A DNA stretch of 64,000 nt from Eledone cirrhosa (GCA_964016885.1 OZ024749.1:23064001-23128000); one strand, 5' to 3'; numbered from the stretch's first letter, positions 35,781-50,450 are shown. Notes: generated from the sequence alone by a model not told the origin. Translations and numbers: made by a program.

Positions 35781-35884
35781 ACATATATACGCAAGTATAG
35801 TGGCGAATTGTTTATTCTGACAAACACAAAACCAACTAGTTTTTTTTTTCAGAAAATATTCTGTTGTCTTTCTCTTGTCGATAG

Positions 35885-36757
35885 CGATGTTTTTGTTGTT
35901 GTTGTTGTTGTACTTGTTGTTGTTGTACTTGTTATTGTTGATGTTGTACTTGTTGTTGTTGTTGATGTTGGACTTGTTGTCGTTGTTGATAGGTACTTGT
36001 TGTTGTTGATGTTGCACTTGTTGTTGTTGTTGTTGTACTTGTTGTTGTTGTTGATGTTGTACTTGTTGTCGTTGTTGATAGGTACTTGTTGTTGTTGTTG
36101 ATGTTGTACTTGTTGTTGTTGTTGTTGTACGTGTTGTTGTTGATGTTGTACCTGTTGTTGTTGTTGATAGGTACTTATTGTTGTTGTTGATGTACTTGCT
36201 GTTGTTGTTGTTGTTGTACTTGCTGTCGTTGTTGATAGGTACTTGTTGATGTTGTACTTGTTGCCATTGTTGTTGTTGTACTTGTTCTCGTTGTTGTTGT
36301 ACTTGTTGTTGTTGTTGTTGTTGTTGTACTTGTTGTTGTAGATGTACTTGTTGTTGTTGATAGGTACTTTTTGTTGTTGTTGATGTTGTACTTGTTGTTG
36401 TTGTACTTGTTGTCCTTGTTGATAGGTTGTACTTGTTGTCATTGTTGTTGTACTTGTTCTCGTTGTTGTTGTACTTGTTGTTGTTGTTGTTGTACTTGTT
36501 TTTGTTGTTGCTCCTGTACTTGTTGTCGTTGTTGTTGTTGTACTTGTTGTTGTTGTTGATGTTGTACTTGTTGTCATTGTTGTTGTTGTACTTGTTGTTG
36601 TTGTACTTGTTGTTGATGTACTTGTTGTCATTGTTGTTGTTGTACTTATTGTCGTTGTTGTTGTTGTACATGTTGTTGTTGTTGTTGCTGTTGTATTTGT
36701 TGTTGTTGTTGTACTTGTTGTCGTTGTTGGTGTTATACTTGTTGTTGTTGTTGTACT
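35885..36757. repeat. Composite (GTT)n-GTAC microsatellite/minisatellite
   Basis: TTGTTGTTGTAC-type units throughout. Confidence 0.95.
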
Positions 36758-37944
36758 TATTTTTTCTCTAAATACAAGAAGAATCCGTACAAAAGAAAAC
36801 TTAAAATAAAACAAAAATATGAGAAACAGAGAGAGTGTGTGAGAGGGAGTGTGTTGATAAGAGAGAGAGGGAGAGTGTACGAGGGAGAGTGTGGATGAGA
36901 GAGAGAGGGAGAGTGTGGATGAGACAGAGAGGTAGAGGGAGAGTGTGGATGAGAGAGCGAGAGAGAGTGTGGATGAGAGAGAGAGGGAGAGTGTGTGAGG
37001 GAGAATGTGGATGAGAGAGAGAGAGGGAGTGTGTGAGGGAGACTGTGGGTGAATGAGATAGAGGGAGAGTGTGTGAGGGAGAGTGTGGATGATAGAGAAG
37101 GGGAGAGGGAGAGTGTGTGAGGGAGACTAGGTTAATGAGAGAGAGAGAGGAGGGGTGTGAGGCAGAGTGTGGGTGACAGAGTGTGCTGAGAGAGAGAAAA
37201 CTAAAAGGAAAGTGTCGGTGAGAGAGAGAGGAAGGGAAAGTGTGGGGAAGGGTGAGAGAGAGAAATAGGAAAGAAAGGGAGAGAGAGATAGAGGGAGAGA
37301 GAGAAAGAGGCAGACAGATAAAACATTTGAGAGCAAGAGAAAGAAAAAAAGAAGAGAATGAGAAAGAGAGAGAGAAAGAAGTTGAAGCAAACTGTGAGGG
37401 AAAGTGTGAATGAGGGAGGGAGAGAAAGAGAATATAGAATGAGAAGACGAGAAAGACTGTGAAGGAAAGTGGGAGAGTAAAGAATAGGAGAGAGTAAGAA
37501 AGAGAGCAAGAGAAAGAAACAAAGGGAAAGTGAGAGAGTGTGTGTGTGTGAGAGAGAGGGAGAAAAAGAGAGAGAGAGGGGGGAAAGAGAGAAGGGAGAG
37601 AGCGAGAAAGAGATTGTGTGTGTGCGTGTGTGAGAGAGAGGGCAAGAGAAAGAGAGAGAGGGAGAGAGAGATAAAGAGATTGTGTGTGTGCGTTAGAGAG
37701 AGAGGGAGAGAGAGAAAGAGATTGTGTGTGTGAGAGAGAGAGAGAGGGAGAGAGAGGGAGAGAAAGAGAGGGAAAAGAGAGAGAGGGAGAGAGAGAAAGA
37801 GATTGTGTGTGTGTGACATGTTAGTGGAAAATAACATAGCAAAAACATTTTATTCAAAGACACGTTCAGAGTGAGTGAGAGAGTTAAACTAAACATATAC
37901 ACACACACACGTACACTCACCTGCACATTCCTACGCTCACGCAT

Positions 37945-38410
37945 AGACACACATTCTCACGCACATTCTCACACACATTCTCACACACATTCTCACACAC
38001 ACACATTCTCACACACATTCTCACACAGATTCTCACACACATTCACATACACATTCTCACACACATTTTCACACACACATTCTCACACACATTTTCTCAC
38101 ACTCATTCTCACACACATTCTCACACACATTTTCACACACATTTTCACACTCATTCTCATACACACATTCTCACACACATTCTCACACACATTCTCACAC
38201 ACATTTTCACACACATTTTCACACACACATTCTCACACACACATTCTCACACACATTCTCACACACATTCTCACACACATTTTCACACACACATTCTCAC
38301 ACACATTCTCACACACACATTCTCACACATACATTCTCACACACATTCTCACACACATTTTCACACACACATTCTCACACACATTCTCACACACACATTC
38401 TCACACATAC
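37945..38410. repeat. (CACACATTCT/TTT)n minisatellite
   Basis: Direct reading. Confidence 0.92.
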
Positions 38411-38789
38411 AAATGTACCCAGCTACCTAAATACCCACATTTATACACATTTATACATATACACATACACAATCACGTGAACACACATATACAGCCGTAT
38501 ACATATATCATCTCACACATAGAAACATACACACATAGATGTATCTTATATTATCACATACATACACACATACACATACACACTCCCTCACACAAACTCA
38601 CATACACAAAGGTACACACGAATACATACACATATACATTTACCTACATACATATACATACATACATACACATATACATACATACACATATACATACATT
38701 CATACACATATACATACATAAACATATACATACATACATGCATACACATATACATACATACACATATATTTACATACATACATACATGG

Positions 38790-39395
38790 TGGCTGCCAAC
38801 TCGTTTTCGAGTACGGCCACTACTTTATATCCATGTAGGAGAACCCCTACCGATGCGCTGAACGAGTGTGACTTTTTAGTCCAGCCAGCGACTTGAAAAC
38901 TCTGGTACAAACACTACACTTGTGACAATTATTGACACATAGTGCTGGGCCCATGGTACCATGTGATGACAAGTGCAGAGAGATCTCCAGATATAAAGCA
39001 ATGCCTGTGCTGTGAAGCTTTTATAGTGAGCAAAGGCACTGCACAAAGCCAGTCCCACTCTCTTAACCAAGATGATATTTACCAAAAAGAAGAACAAGTC
39101 AACATCATTGGATACCATCAGGGTTGCAGGTGTTATATCAGAGTTTTCCTTCTCTTAGAATTCTGCCTTGACAAAGGCTAAGGGGTCATCTCTCCCAGTG
39201 ATTTCGGATGGCCATTGACTCTTAAGAGCTCCTTTGCCCTTCGACAGGTTTTGTTTTTAGTCCTGCAGGATGTCCAAAGTCACCCTCCTCACCAAGAAAC
39301 CTTGGTGGGGTTGCCAGTTTAGTCGCCAACGACCCGACCATGAGACAGGTTGTACTGGGATACATGTTACCAGTAGCACCAAGTGGTGACCTGAC
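38790..39395 (-). mobile_element. Possible RTE-like LINE 5' UTR fragment
   Basis: Non-simple sequence inside (CATA)n with GAGAAGGAAAACTCTGA and GAGCTC...TCAATGGCCATCC motifs reminiscent of RTE 5' UTRs; no coding motif. Confidence 0.35.
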
Positions 39396-39460
39396 ATAAC
39401 ATACATACACATATACATACATACACATATACATGCATACATGTTATATACATACATATA

Positions 39461-40648
39461 TGCTAGAACTCGCAAACTTCTCAGTGTTACTGGGAACTTT
39501 AACATCAGTGGTGATGTGGATAGGCTATACTTCTCACGCAAGGAAGGTGGCCGGGGTCTAAAATCCATATTAACATCATATGACACCCGGATAGTAACAC
39601 TGAAGCAACATCCTCAACAGAGGAAAAAGGTTGGCAACCATCTTGCCCAGGTTTATGAGCATGAAGAAAAAAAATCATTAGGATAGCCACTGATCTGGAG
39701 GAGAGATATGGAAAAAAGCCTGATATAAATCTCTCACCCAGAGAAATCGGAAGATCCTATTCAATGTTCAAACAAGATGAAAAAATTTACCAATTTACAG
39801 AAAAAGTTGTGCATGGATACTTGAGACGTAAAACACAGACCATAGAGGGGATAAACCACTCAAAAAGCCTGGCATGGAGTTCCGACAAGTTGATGACATC
39901 ACACCTTGAGGGATATCTCTATGCAATACAGAAAAAAGAACTCCCTACCAAATATCTGCTGCTCAAAAGAGGAGGGCCATCAGCTGACAATAAATGCAGG
40001 CTATATAAAAGAAAGATCGAAGATGTAAGCCACATTCTTGCCAGCTGCGAAAGAATGTCATCTCGCTACTACCTCCCTATGAGACACGATGTGATAGCTA
40101 GAACCATCTGGAACGCACTTCGGAAAACAAAATTAAAAACAAACAAGGAAGAGTATATTGAGACAGATGGCACTAAGGAATACTGGTGGAACCTGAAAAT
40201 AAAAGCTGCCACCAAATTAAAGCACAACCGGCCTGATATTGTTGTTTGGGACCACACATTGAAAACGTGTTCTGTTGTGGAGATCAGCTGCCCACTTGAT
40301 GTAAACTTTGTCAGAAAAATACAGGAGAAGGAGGACATCTACGGACCATTGATGAGGAGTTTACAAATCCAGTATCCAAGATACACCTTTAGCTTCATAC
40401 CCATCATTATTGGAGCTACGGGTTATATACCAACCCGCTTGGACCAAAGTATGACTGAACTTGGATTTGCGGACAAAGAGCGAAGCTCCCTAATTCATAG
40501 TCTACACATGGTTGCAATAGCTGGCACCTTCAAAATTTGCAAAACATTCTTGCGATTCAAGAGATGACAATTTCTTTTCTTTTACAACCTTGCCACCAGG
40601 AAGGTGGCCGGTCAAAAAAATATACTCGAAATTAAGAGAAAGAGATAA
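39461..40648 (+). mobile_element. 5'-truncated R4/Dong-like LINE with restriction-like endonuclease, in (CATA/TACA)n
   Basis: DVDRLYFSRKEGGRGL; CRL...EDVSHILASC; RHD; RPDIVVWD..VVEISCP..QEKEDIY; PIIIGATG. Confidence 0.85.
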
Positions 40649-41999
40649 CATACATGCATACACATATACATACATACATACACATATACATACATACATA
40701 CATATGCATACATACATATATACATACATTCATACATACATATATACATACATACATACATATATACATACATACATAAATACATACACATATTTACACA
40801 CATACATACACACATACACATACACATAGACATACACATTCACGCACGTACACAATCATACGCACATATATTTACATACACATACATACGCACATATATA
40901 TATATACACCCATATATATACATACACATATATACACACAAACATCCCCACATCCCCATAAATACACATACATACATACACTCAAATACACACAAATACA
41001 CACATACACACACATATATACATACACATATATACACACAAACATCATCCACAGACACACAAACATACACGCACACATACACATATATACATACACATAA
41101 ACACACACACATATACATCCAAACATCATCACAGATACACAAACACGTACAAATAATCACACAAACTCACAAATACACACATATATACACACACGTATAC
41201 ACACACAAGCACGTATATACACACACCTATACCCACAAACATCCCCAGACATACAACCACACACATATACGCACATTTACACACATAAACACACATACAC
41301 ACACATACGCACACATACACGCACCTTTTTATATACACACGCATGCACACAAACATCGCGACAGACACACAAACACACACACACTCACACAAACATCCCC
41401 ACAGACACAGAAACACACACACATACACACACATACACACTCATACACACACAAATGCACACACAAACACACACACACACACACGTATACACACACAAAC
41501 ACACACATATACATACACACACACGATGTTTGGTTGATTTTCTTCAATGTTATCATTCATTACAGGCCGTCATACAAATGTGACACTTCGACAACACTTT
41601 CCTGCTTATGGCATTAACGCTCTTCTATTGTCGGCCATTTTGCGAAGATAAAATCTGTGAAAAGATATCATTCATTTTTCCATTACTATCTCGTTCATGA
41701 TATTTTCACCTTTTATATAAAATACATCATTTTCATGTCGTTCATTGTTGTTGATATTGTTGCTAACAATGTTGTTGCTGTTGTTGGTGTCGAGGTTTCT
41801 CTGTTGTTTTATATGGTATTAGGTCCCTGTGGTCTATGAAAGGAGCAAAAAAAAAAAATCCCAGACAAAAAAAAAGTAAACAAACTAAAAACTAACAATC
41901 GAATGAGATACATTTCTTCTTTTTCTTCTACGCTCTTTTTCTAAGTTCTTCCTCATCTTCTTCATCTACCTTCTTCCTCATCTTTTTCTTCTTCGCGCT

Positions 42000-42095
42000 T
42001 CCTCATCTTCTTCTTCTTCTTCTTCTTCTTCTTCTTCTTCTTCTTCTTCTTCTTCTTCTTCTTCTTCTTCTTCTTCTTCTTCTTCTTCTTCTTCC
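42000..42095. repeat. (TTC)n microsatellite
   Basis: Direct reading. Confidence 0.95.
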
Positions 42096-42551
42096 GTTCT
42101 TGTTGTTATTCTTCGTTCTTTTGTTCTACTCATTCATTATAAATCATCACCTTATTATTCTTATTATTATAAATACTACTACTACTACTACTACTACTTT
42201 ATTATTATCATTATTGTTATTGTTATTATTGTGCCTGTTATTATTGATCCTCTAATATCTTAGTAGTCGTGACGTGAAAAAATCTCGCGTCATTTCATAA
42301 AATGTTTCTTAAATTCTCATTATATTGTGTATATAAGACTTTTGATGTGACTGTCATATTAATATGATGGCGGAGTAGTAACAATTTTTGGAATTCTTCA
42401 AATTTTGTTTATTAACATATAGCGGAAATGTTATTATTAAAAAGATATAATTCTCTTTCGGCATCTGACTTAATATCTCCATTTTTACTATTTAAACAAA
42501 TATTATGGAAATATGATAAACGATATGTGATATGTATATATATATGTGTGT

Positions 42552-42641
<90 letters not shown>

Positions 42642-42773
42642 TTGTGTGTGTCGGTGTGTGTGTGTGTGTCGGTGTGTGTGTGTGTGTGTTTATATGTGTG
42701 TGTTTATATGTGTGTATTTGTATATCTATATGTCTGCACGTATTTATCTATCAGTACTTTTTCCTATATATAT

Positions 42774-43406
42774 GTATGACTCTAAAAACCGGTTTGTCTG
42801 TGTGTTTACATACAGAATAGCTGGGCCGCTCGCTGTAAAGCGACCAGTGAAAGACTTGGTACACCTACATATGTATACGTGTGTGTATTCATATACACAC
42901 TAGTATTTCTGTATGCATATGTAGATGTACATTTTTAACTTAATTGTTTAAGCGTCAGTCATACAAAAGTGAGTTACAAACGAAACGAAATTTAATTTCG
43001 TTTCGTTATTTGTTTTTATCGTCTCCGCTGAACCGGTGCGTACTCACACTCTATGCAAATTAGTCTGGCCACTACTAATTTTCATAGAAAAAGCATATAA
43101 CGATATGTGCTTTTACAATTCTCCAGAAAGGCCGGTAGATAGGTAAATATTGCTGATGAGTTGTAACAACAACGAAACTAGTTCAATATTCCTTGTCTGG
43201 CTTTCTGGAGAATAGGGGGAAGGTGTTCCCCCCAAAACCAGTATGACTCTAAAAACCGGTTTGTCTGTGTGTTTACATACAGAATAGCTGGGCCGCTCAC
43301 TGTAAAGCGACCAGTGAAAGACTTGGTACACCTACATATGTATACGTGTGTGTATTCATATACACACTAGTATTTCAGTATGCATATGTAGATGTACATT
43401 TTTAAC

Positions 43407-43412
<6 letters not shown>
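42774..43412 (+). mobile_element. 467-bp retrozyme/pLTR-like unit with 172-bp terminal direct repeat, in (TA)n
   Basis: 42774-42945 matches 43241-43412 with 2 substitutions seen; hammerhead in the unique part. Confidence 0.85.
43146..43190 (+). ncRNA. Minimal type I hammerhead ribozyme
   Basis: aatattg CTGATGA gttgt-aaca-acaac GAAA ctag TT caatatt; GUU site after 43183. Confidence 0.9.
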
Positions 43413-43496
<84 letters not shown>

Positions 43497-43509
43497 ATAT
43501 CAAATATGA

Positions 43510-43547
<38 letters not shown>

Positions 43548-44960
43548 TCATATTTGATATATGACAACTGCGGCACGTAGAGAGTCACCTTCACGTGTTC
43601 TCACTCCTTCCAACACACAGTCACACACACTTAACAAAATCACCAGCGATTTCATCAACTCTCTTTATCTCTGTCTGTCTGGCTGTCCCTCTCTCTCTCT
43701 ATCTCTCCCTGTATGTCTGTCTGATTTTCCTTGTCTCTCTCTCAAATAAACTCTTTGTATATTTCTATACAACGTTCACTCACTCAGCTCTCTCTCTCTC
43801 TCTCTCACCTTCTATATCGCTTTCTTCACATCTCTCTCTCTCTCTCTCTCTCCCTCTTATTCTATTACTCTCTCTTTTTACATCGCATTCATCAAGTCTG
43901 TTCTCCCTCACATTTTATTTCTGTTTCTTTCTATATCACATTCATCAGGTCCCTCTCGCCCTCTCTCTGTCTCTCTATATCTCTTTCATTCTACCAATCT
44001 CTCTTTCCATCGCATTCATCACGTCTTTCTACCTCGATCCCCCCTCTCTCTATCTATCTATCTATCTATCAATCTCTCTTTCTACATCGCATTCATCAGG
44101 TCTCTCTATCTCCCCCATCTCACTCCCTATCTCTCTATCTATCTATCTATCAATCTCTCTTTCTACATCGCATTCATCAGGTCTTTCTATCTCCCCCCCT
44201 CCCCCTCTCTCTATCAATCTCTCTTTCTACATCACATGTACCAGATCTTTCTTCATTTCACTCAATCATTCTGTTTTTATTTCTTTATGCATAATTTATT
44301 TCTTGATTAAAAATAAAAGCACATCTTTATATTTATGTACTTCGTTCGTTTCTATCTTACATTTATTTCTTCCTCTCTTCCTGTCTTCTTTCCTATTTCC
44401 CTCCATCCCTCCCTTCCCCCTCTCTACCTCCTATTTTTCTCCCCTCATTCCTCCTTTTCCTTCTTACACCCTCCTTCTTCCCTCCTCCTTCTCTACCTTC
44501 TAACCCTCTCCTTCCCTTCCTTCTCACTCCCTCCCTCCCTTCCCCCACTTTACCTGCCATTCTTTCCACCCTTCACTCCTTTGCCTCTTATCCCTCCTTC
44601 CCTTCTTTCTTATCCCCTACTTCCTCCTTTCACTCTTCCTTCCCATCCTCCTTCCTCCCTTCTTTCTTACCTCATTCCTTCCTTTCGTCTATCATTTATT
44701 TATTTATTCATTCATTTATTGCTTTATTTTTTCAGTCATTTTAGTTAAGTTTTGTTGTTTTTATTTATTCCATTTGTCTCTCTATCAGTCTGTCTCTATA
44801 TCTGTCTGTCTGCCTGTCTGTCTAATCTGCATGTATGTCAGTCTGTCTATCTGTCTCTCTATCACTCTATCTATATGTCTGTCTGTCGGCCTATTTGTCT
44901 GTCTATGTGTCTGTCTGTCTATGTGTCTGTATGTGTGTCTATCTGTCTGTTTGTCTGCCT

Positions 44961-47900
44961 GTGTGTCGACGGAGGAAGACGTGTAGTAACGAGCTCTGTG
45001 TTTTACATTGGTTTTAGCTTGTAAAGAGCGAGTTTTTGGATTTATTTTTCTATTGTGTTATACTTTAACCCCTCGTTTGAGCCAGAAGACGTTGGGGTTA
45101 TTATTTTTTCGCCCCTTTTTGGGGTGAAAGTTTTATTCTTACAATTTTGTGAACTCAGCTTGTAGTAATGGATGGCATTAATACAAATCATAGTGCCACG
45201 CTCCCCCAAGAAAGCAAAAATCTTCGAGGAAAATTGAAAGCACAAAGTGCCCAGCTCCCCCCCCCCCCTTTTTTTTTACGAAAAACGTTAATAAGGAACA
45301 ACATACAACAACCGAAAAGACAAAAATTGGAAATAATACCAGCGATGGAAAAATTATCAATACCAATACGAGCACCAAAGTGAACAGCGACAACAACAAC
45401 AATAACAAGAACGACAATGACAACAAAATTTCCTTTGCGGACACTGTAAAAAAAACACAAGTGTTCCTACCTTTGGATTTAACCAACGCAAAGCAAAAGC
45501 TGGAAGAAGCAAAAAGGTATGTGACTTTCGAACTCGATAGTTCATTCAACATTAATTCCCCAGAAGAAATAAAAAGAGAAATTGCCACGAGCACGGTGAT
45601 GTTCAGGATAATTTCGAATGCTACAAAAAAAAAAAACAGTGCAACCGTCTCAGAGTGAGATAGCGCTGGTTTTAAGAAACCAAATGGAAAGCATTTTGTT
45701 TATTCAAAAAGGAAAACTCTTCGGTAGCATCTCGGTGCGTATGAAGGATCAGGAAACGACGCAAAAACATTCCATTGCGCCCATTGTATCCACCCACTTC
45801 ACCTTTTTCCCGTCTTACATGGGAAGAAGGTCTCAAAAAATAAAATTCAATTGCATAAGACCCAAAGTAGACAATTGGTGGCTACTTTGTGGCGTTTTAG
45901 ACCTTGACCAAGACATTGTAATCTCGGTTGGAGATCTTTAGTGAGACCAGCGTAGAACTTCTGGTGCAGATGAGCCCAGAAAGGATAGAGAAGAACCCAC
46001 AGAAAATTCATTTAGATGGAGAGACTTACATAAATATTCCAGTTGAGGGTAGGCGACCCGCGGGTTAGCACTGCGCAAGCAGAGGTCACCTGAGGGTTGG
46101 CTGCCCTCAACTGATAACAAAGAAACCATTATTGCAAACACCACAAACAATAACACCACCAACACCACCACGACAACCACAACAACAACATCAACAACAA
46201 CAGCTCAAGAAAACAACCCATAACACGGTCCCACCCAGCACCTCCCTACAGAACACAAATACAAAAACACCTGCAGTGCAAACACAACCTGGTAATATAC
46301 CCCTCCCCTCCAATACGGAAGAGAAACTCATATCCTCGGAAGACGAGGGGACTCCCTTCCAAAAAGTCAAAAGAAAAAAACCTACACACACTACACAAAC
46401 AAAAATAACCCCACCTGACTACACAACACATACAACAAAACGCAAGCACACTCAAGAACAACAAATAAAAACAAACACAACAACACAAAAACTCTACACA
46501 TACATAAACAAAAACAATAAAAACTTAGCAGACAAAATAAACAATAACCCTTCGGTACAAACCGCAGGGCCGAATTTTACAATGGCACTTGACATTTTTA
46601 AAACATTGAAAAACATTTACCCTGAAGACGTGGGGCCACCCTGCACCAGGCCACTCAACCGCGTCCTCCTGAAAGGTTTTCCCCTCCCCTCCTCAAACAC
46701 CCCAACCCCTCCACACACTAATACCCCCACACCACCAGAAACCACCACCCCACCCAACAACCCCTCAACCACCCCATGGAAACTGAACAGCCCGGACCCC
46801 GTGACGCGCAGAGAGGTAAGTGCCTCTTTCTTTACCACCAACATGGCTGTGTTAAGAGTAGGTTGTCTAAATGCGTGTGGTCTGGGCTCACCTTGGAAGG
46901 AAGCTAAACTTCTAAATGACCTCAGGTCACAATGTATAAATGTGATGGTTATTTGCGAGGCCCGGATCAGCAGCGTGCGACAACTAGCTCCCACCTTTGA
47001 TGCACGCATCTCTCTGTCAGCCCGGAGGTGGGGGTGGGGTTGTCGTTCTGCTGCAAAAATATCTGGGTCTCGCTACATAGTCGGTACACTTGGACCCGCA
47101 GGGTCGACTAGTGGTTCTGGACCTTGGCAGTGGTGAAGGCGAAGCTTTTAGGCTGGTCGCCGTTTACGCCCCTTTTGGGGCAATGCGGCCGGACTTCTTC
47201 CATCGTCTGGAGACTTTTCTAGGGACGTCCCGCTCCTTGATTTTAGTGGGGGACTGGAATGGTATCCTAGATGCACGTTGGGACTATGTAGGGGCATGTC
47301 CCGATAGAGTGGGGTGTAACGACCTCAAGGGGTTAATCGGCCGATTTGACCTGGCCGATAGATATCGACTAGATTTTCCGACTGTGCCAACCTGGACTTG
47401 GAAAAACCACAGCGGTCAATCTAGATCGTACCTAGATAGGTTCTTAGTTAGAATTAAGGATAGGGACTTTTTAAGTTGTCCAGAAAAAGCTCATGGTTGG
47501 CTATTCATACCACAAGTTGTTGACCTGCATAGTCCACCTTGATAGAATGCATAGGCAGGGACCCGGTTACTGGAAGCTCAACTTGCCTTTACCGGCAAGT
47601 AGAGTTTATAGGGACCGGATTAGAACCTTAGTTAAGGAGCGGTTGACGGGCGCCATCGTCAACAGCAGGTGGTCGGGCGCTCTGAAAAGAGAGATTAGAG
47701 TAGTTTCAATGGGGGTTAGTAAGGAGTTAGCCTCAGATAGAAATATGAAGGAAAGGGAGTTAGTAGTTAATGTTGAAGAGGCAATTAGAAGCGGCAACGT
47801 GGCCAGAGTGCAAGCGCCGAGAACGGCCTTGAGCCAGTTCTTCGACGCGAAACACGAAGCCTGCGTTGTCCGAGGTAAAATACGTGTTCTGAGAAACGAG

Positions 47901-50450
47901 GGGACGAAATCTGTTAGCTGGACCCGCGTGACAGAAGCCAAAAGTGGGATTATATCCACTATCCGGTCTTTGCGAGACCAGGATGGACGGGTGATCCTTG
48001 AACCTAAGCAAATGTGCGAGGCCTTTCAAAGGCACTTTGCCCGATTGTTGGGAAGGGCGGAGGGTCGGTTGGGGATGTGGGTTTTGGTTCATACCTCGAC
48101 GGATTGCCGCGTCTTTCGGACGAGGATGTGAGGTCCTGCGACAGTCCGATCTCAGCTGCTGAAATAGGGGACGTGCTAAGCCTATGTGGCAAACGCAAAT
48201 CTCCGGGCCTCGATAGTCTGTCCTACGAACTATATATTAATATGCCGGACTTGATCCCCGATCTACTCAAGGCGGTCTACTGCAACTGGCAACAGAACGG
48301 GAGAATTCCCTGTTCTGTGACCAAGGGCGTAGTCTCGCTAGTGACGAATGACGAGAACAAGGGGTATGATATTAGTAATTTTAGGCCCATAACTCTGCTA
48401 AATGCAGAGTTTAAAGATTTTGGCCAAGGCGTTAGCGAATAGGCTGGCGCTTGTCGTGGGGAGCCTGGTGGGAGATGCGCAGACATGCGCTATCACGTCC
48501 AGGTCTATCCACGACAACCTCCACCTCATGCGATACATCATAGAGAGGGTTGGGAACGAACCCGACTTTGGTGGGGTCCTGATAAATTTAGATCAGTCTA
48601 AAGCTTTCAATAGGGTGGACTATGGTTACCTGGATGCCGTGCTAGCGGTGGCTGGTTTCGGACCCGTTTTCAGGGGCTGGATCACCTCCATGCATATCAG
48701 CCGCATCTGCTCTAGAGTCAAGGTGAACGGCTACCTCTCGGAGCCGTTCGAAATAACCCGCTCTATCCGACATGGGTGCCCTCTCTCCTCCCTTCCGTAT
48801 GTATTGGCTCTCGAGCCACTACTGCGGAAGTTAGAGTTGTTGCAGGGCATCCCTTTGGAACTGGGATTACGCAAAGCGGTGTCGGCCTACGCCGATGACG
48901 TAACAGTAATGGTGTCGACCACCGCGGGAATCGTGGCAATCGGCACCTTACTGGAGGAGTACGAAAGGTTGCCAGGGGCTAAGCTGAACCGGGACAAGTC
49001 AGTCGCTTTGCAAGTCGGCTAGTGGAGAGGCAAACCGATGCCGGGGGGCCCGGTGAAGTTGCTTGGGGTCTGGTTCGAACCGGACCTCCAGATGGAGAAA
49101 CACTGGGGTGAGGTTACGAATAGGGTGTTTGCACTGACCCAGAAGTGGGCCGAGTGCAATCTATCCCTGAAAGGTCGAGCGGAGGTGGCGAACGCTTACA
49201 TAGCGTCCGTCATCTATTACCGCTTGACTGTCGTGCCTTGCCCGGGTGAGATCTTCGCCAAAATGGAGCGCGCTCTCTTTCAATTCCTTTGGAAGAAGAG
49301 GTCTCCTCTGGTGAGGAGATCCATCTGCGGTCAATACCCTTTGAAAGGAGAGCTGGGGATGCCGTGGCTAAAAATGCGTAAACACGCATTGAGGCTACGG
49401 CACCACAAGGTATTCCTCACCGGTCAACCGGTGTGGGTCCCGTTTGTGAGGCGAGCCTTCCCGAGGCTCGTCTCGCTCACAGAGCTGCAGTCCTGGTTGA
49501 AGCAAAGACCGAGAAAACTGGGCGACTGGCACAACGAGTGTGCCCAGGCACTCACGGCTCTCGGGCAGGCGGACCCGGCTGTCGGTGGAGACTCCACCTC
49601 GTCATTCTTTAGAGGCTGGTGGTTAGCAGGTGCGACGACGCCCTCGGAGAAACCCTAGGCATGGAGGAGGACGAACTGGCCAGCCTATTCGGTAGGACTT
49701 TCGGCCCGGGACCTATGGACAACTTCCAGAAGTCCTTGGCTTGGCAGACACGGGCTTGGCAGACACGGGCGCCGGTGTAAGGACCCCTCGAAAAAAATCT
49801 GTCCCAGATCCGTGCGCGACGAGGAAACCGTCGCGCACGCATTGGTACACTGCCCCGGTGTTGCCGATCTGTGGGACTATGTCGAACGACTGCTCTCACG
49901 GGTGGGACCAATTAGGTTGACCACCGAGTCCATTGTAACCATCAAGCCGCATCCCCCCTTTAAAAATGAAGGAGAGGCGGTCTACCTCTGTGTAATAGCG
50001 ATGGTAAAAGAGGTTGTATGGTGGACGTGTCTAAAAGGGCAGAGGTCGGACACCTTTCTTTCCGGCCAACAACTAGTCCTTTTCTTCCGATACCATTTCG
50101 GAAGAAGGATCAGGATGGAGAGAGAGGTGCTGCACCCCAGCCAGTTTTATGAAAGGTGGGTGAAAGTTAAAAGAATGGCCTGTGTGAATGGGCCTTCTCT
50201 CTACCTCAGCCTGTAGGTGGAAAAGGATGAAGGAAGAAGGGAGCACCCTCTCTTTGTGCTCCCGTGGAGAAGGGTCGCACATTCCTTTTTTCGGGGGTGT
50301 GTGTGATCCCAAAGCGATCCGTCCCTATTGAGGACCTTTTTGTTATAATTTTATTTGTTTTTACATTTTTATTTTACTGGATTTTTATGTAAACCCCGCC
50401 CCCATGTATGTGTCCCTTTCTTTTGTGCCCTCGTGGCAAATAAACAGAAA
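44961..50450 (+). mobile_element. Full-length but degraded Tx1-like LINE (related subfamily) in (TCTG/TCTA)n
   Basis: Frameshifted ORF1 (45168-46819) and ORF2 (46843-50216) pieces collinear with 17668-22923; ends GTGGCAAATAAACAGAAA. Confidence 0.93.

Noticed and set aside
35775-36814. Long Asn/Thr/Gln-rich ORFs (mucin-like)
   Set aside because: Translation of a (GTT)n-GTAC satellite that is open in several frames
37127-38896. 236-aa and 341-aa ORFs
   Set aside because: GA and CA microsatellite translations
43940-44185. CTGATGA...GAAA motifs on the minus strand
   Set aside because: Inside CT-rich degenerate repeats with no supporting stems
43595-44748. 302-aa Ser/Leu-rich ORF and neighbours
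   Set aside because: CT-rich low-complexity sequence
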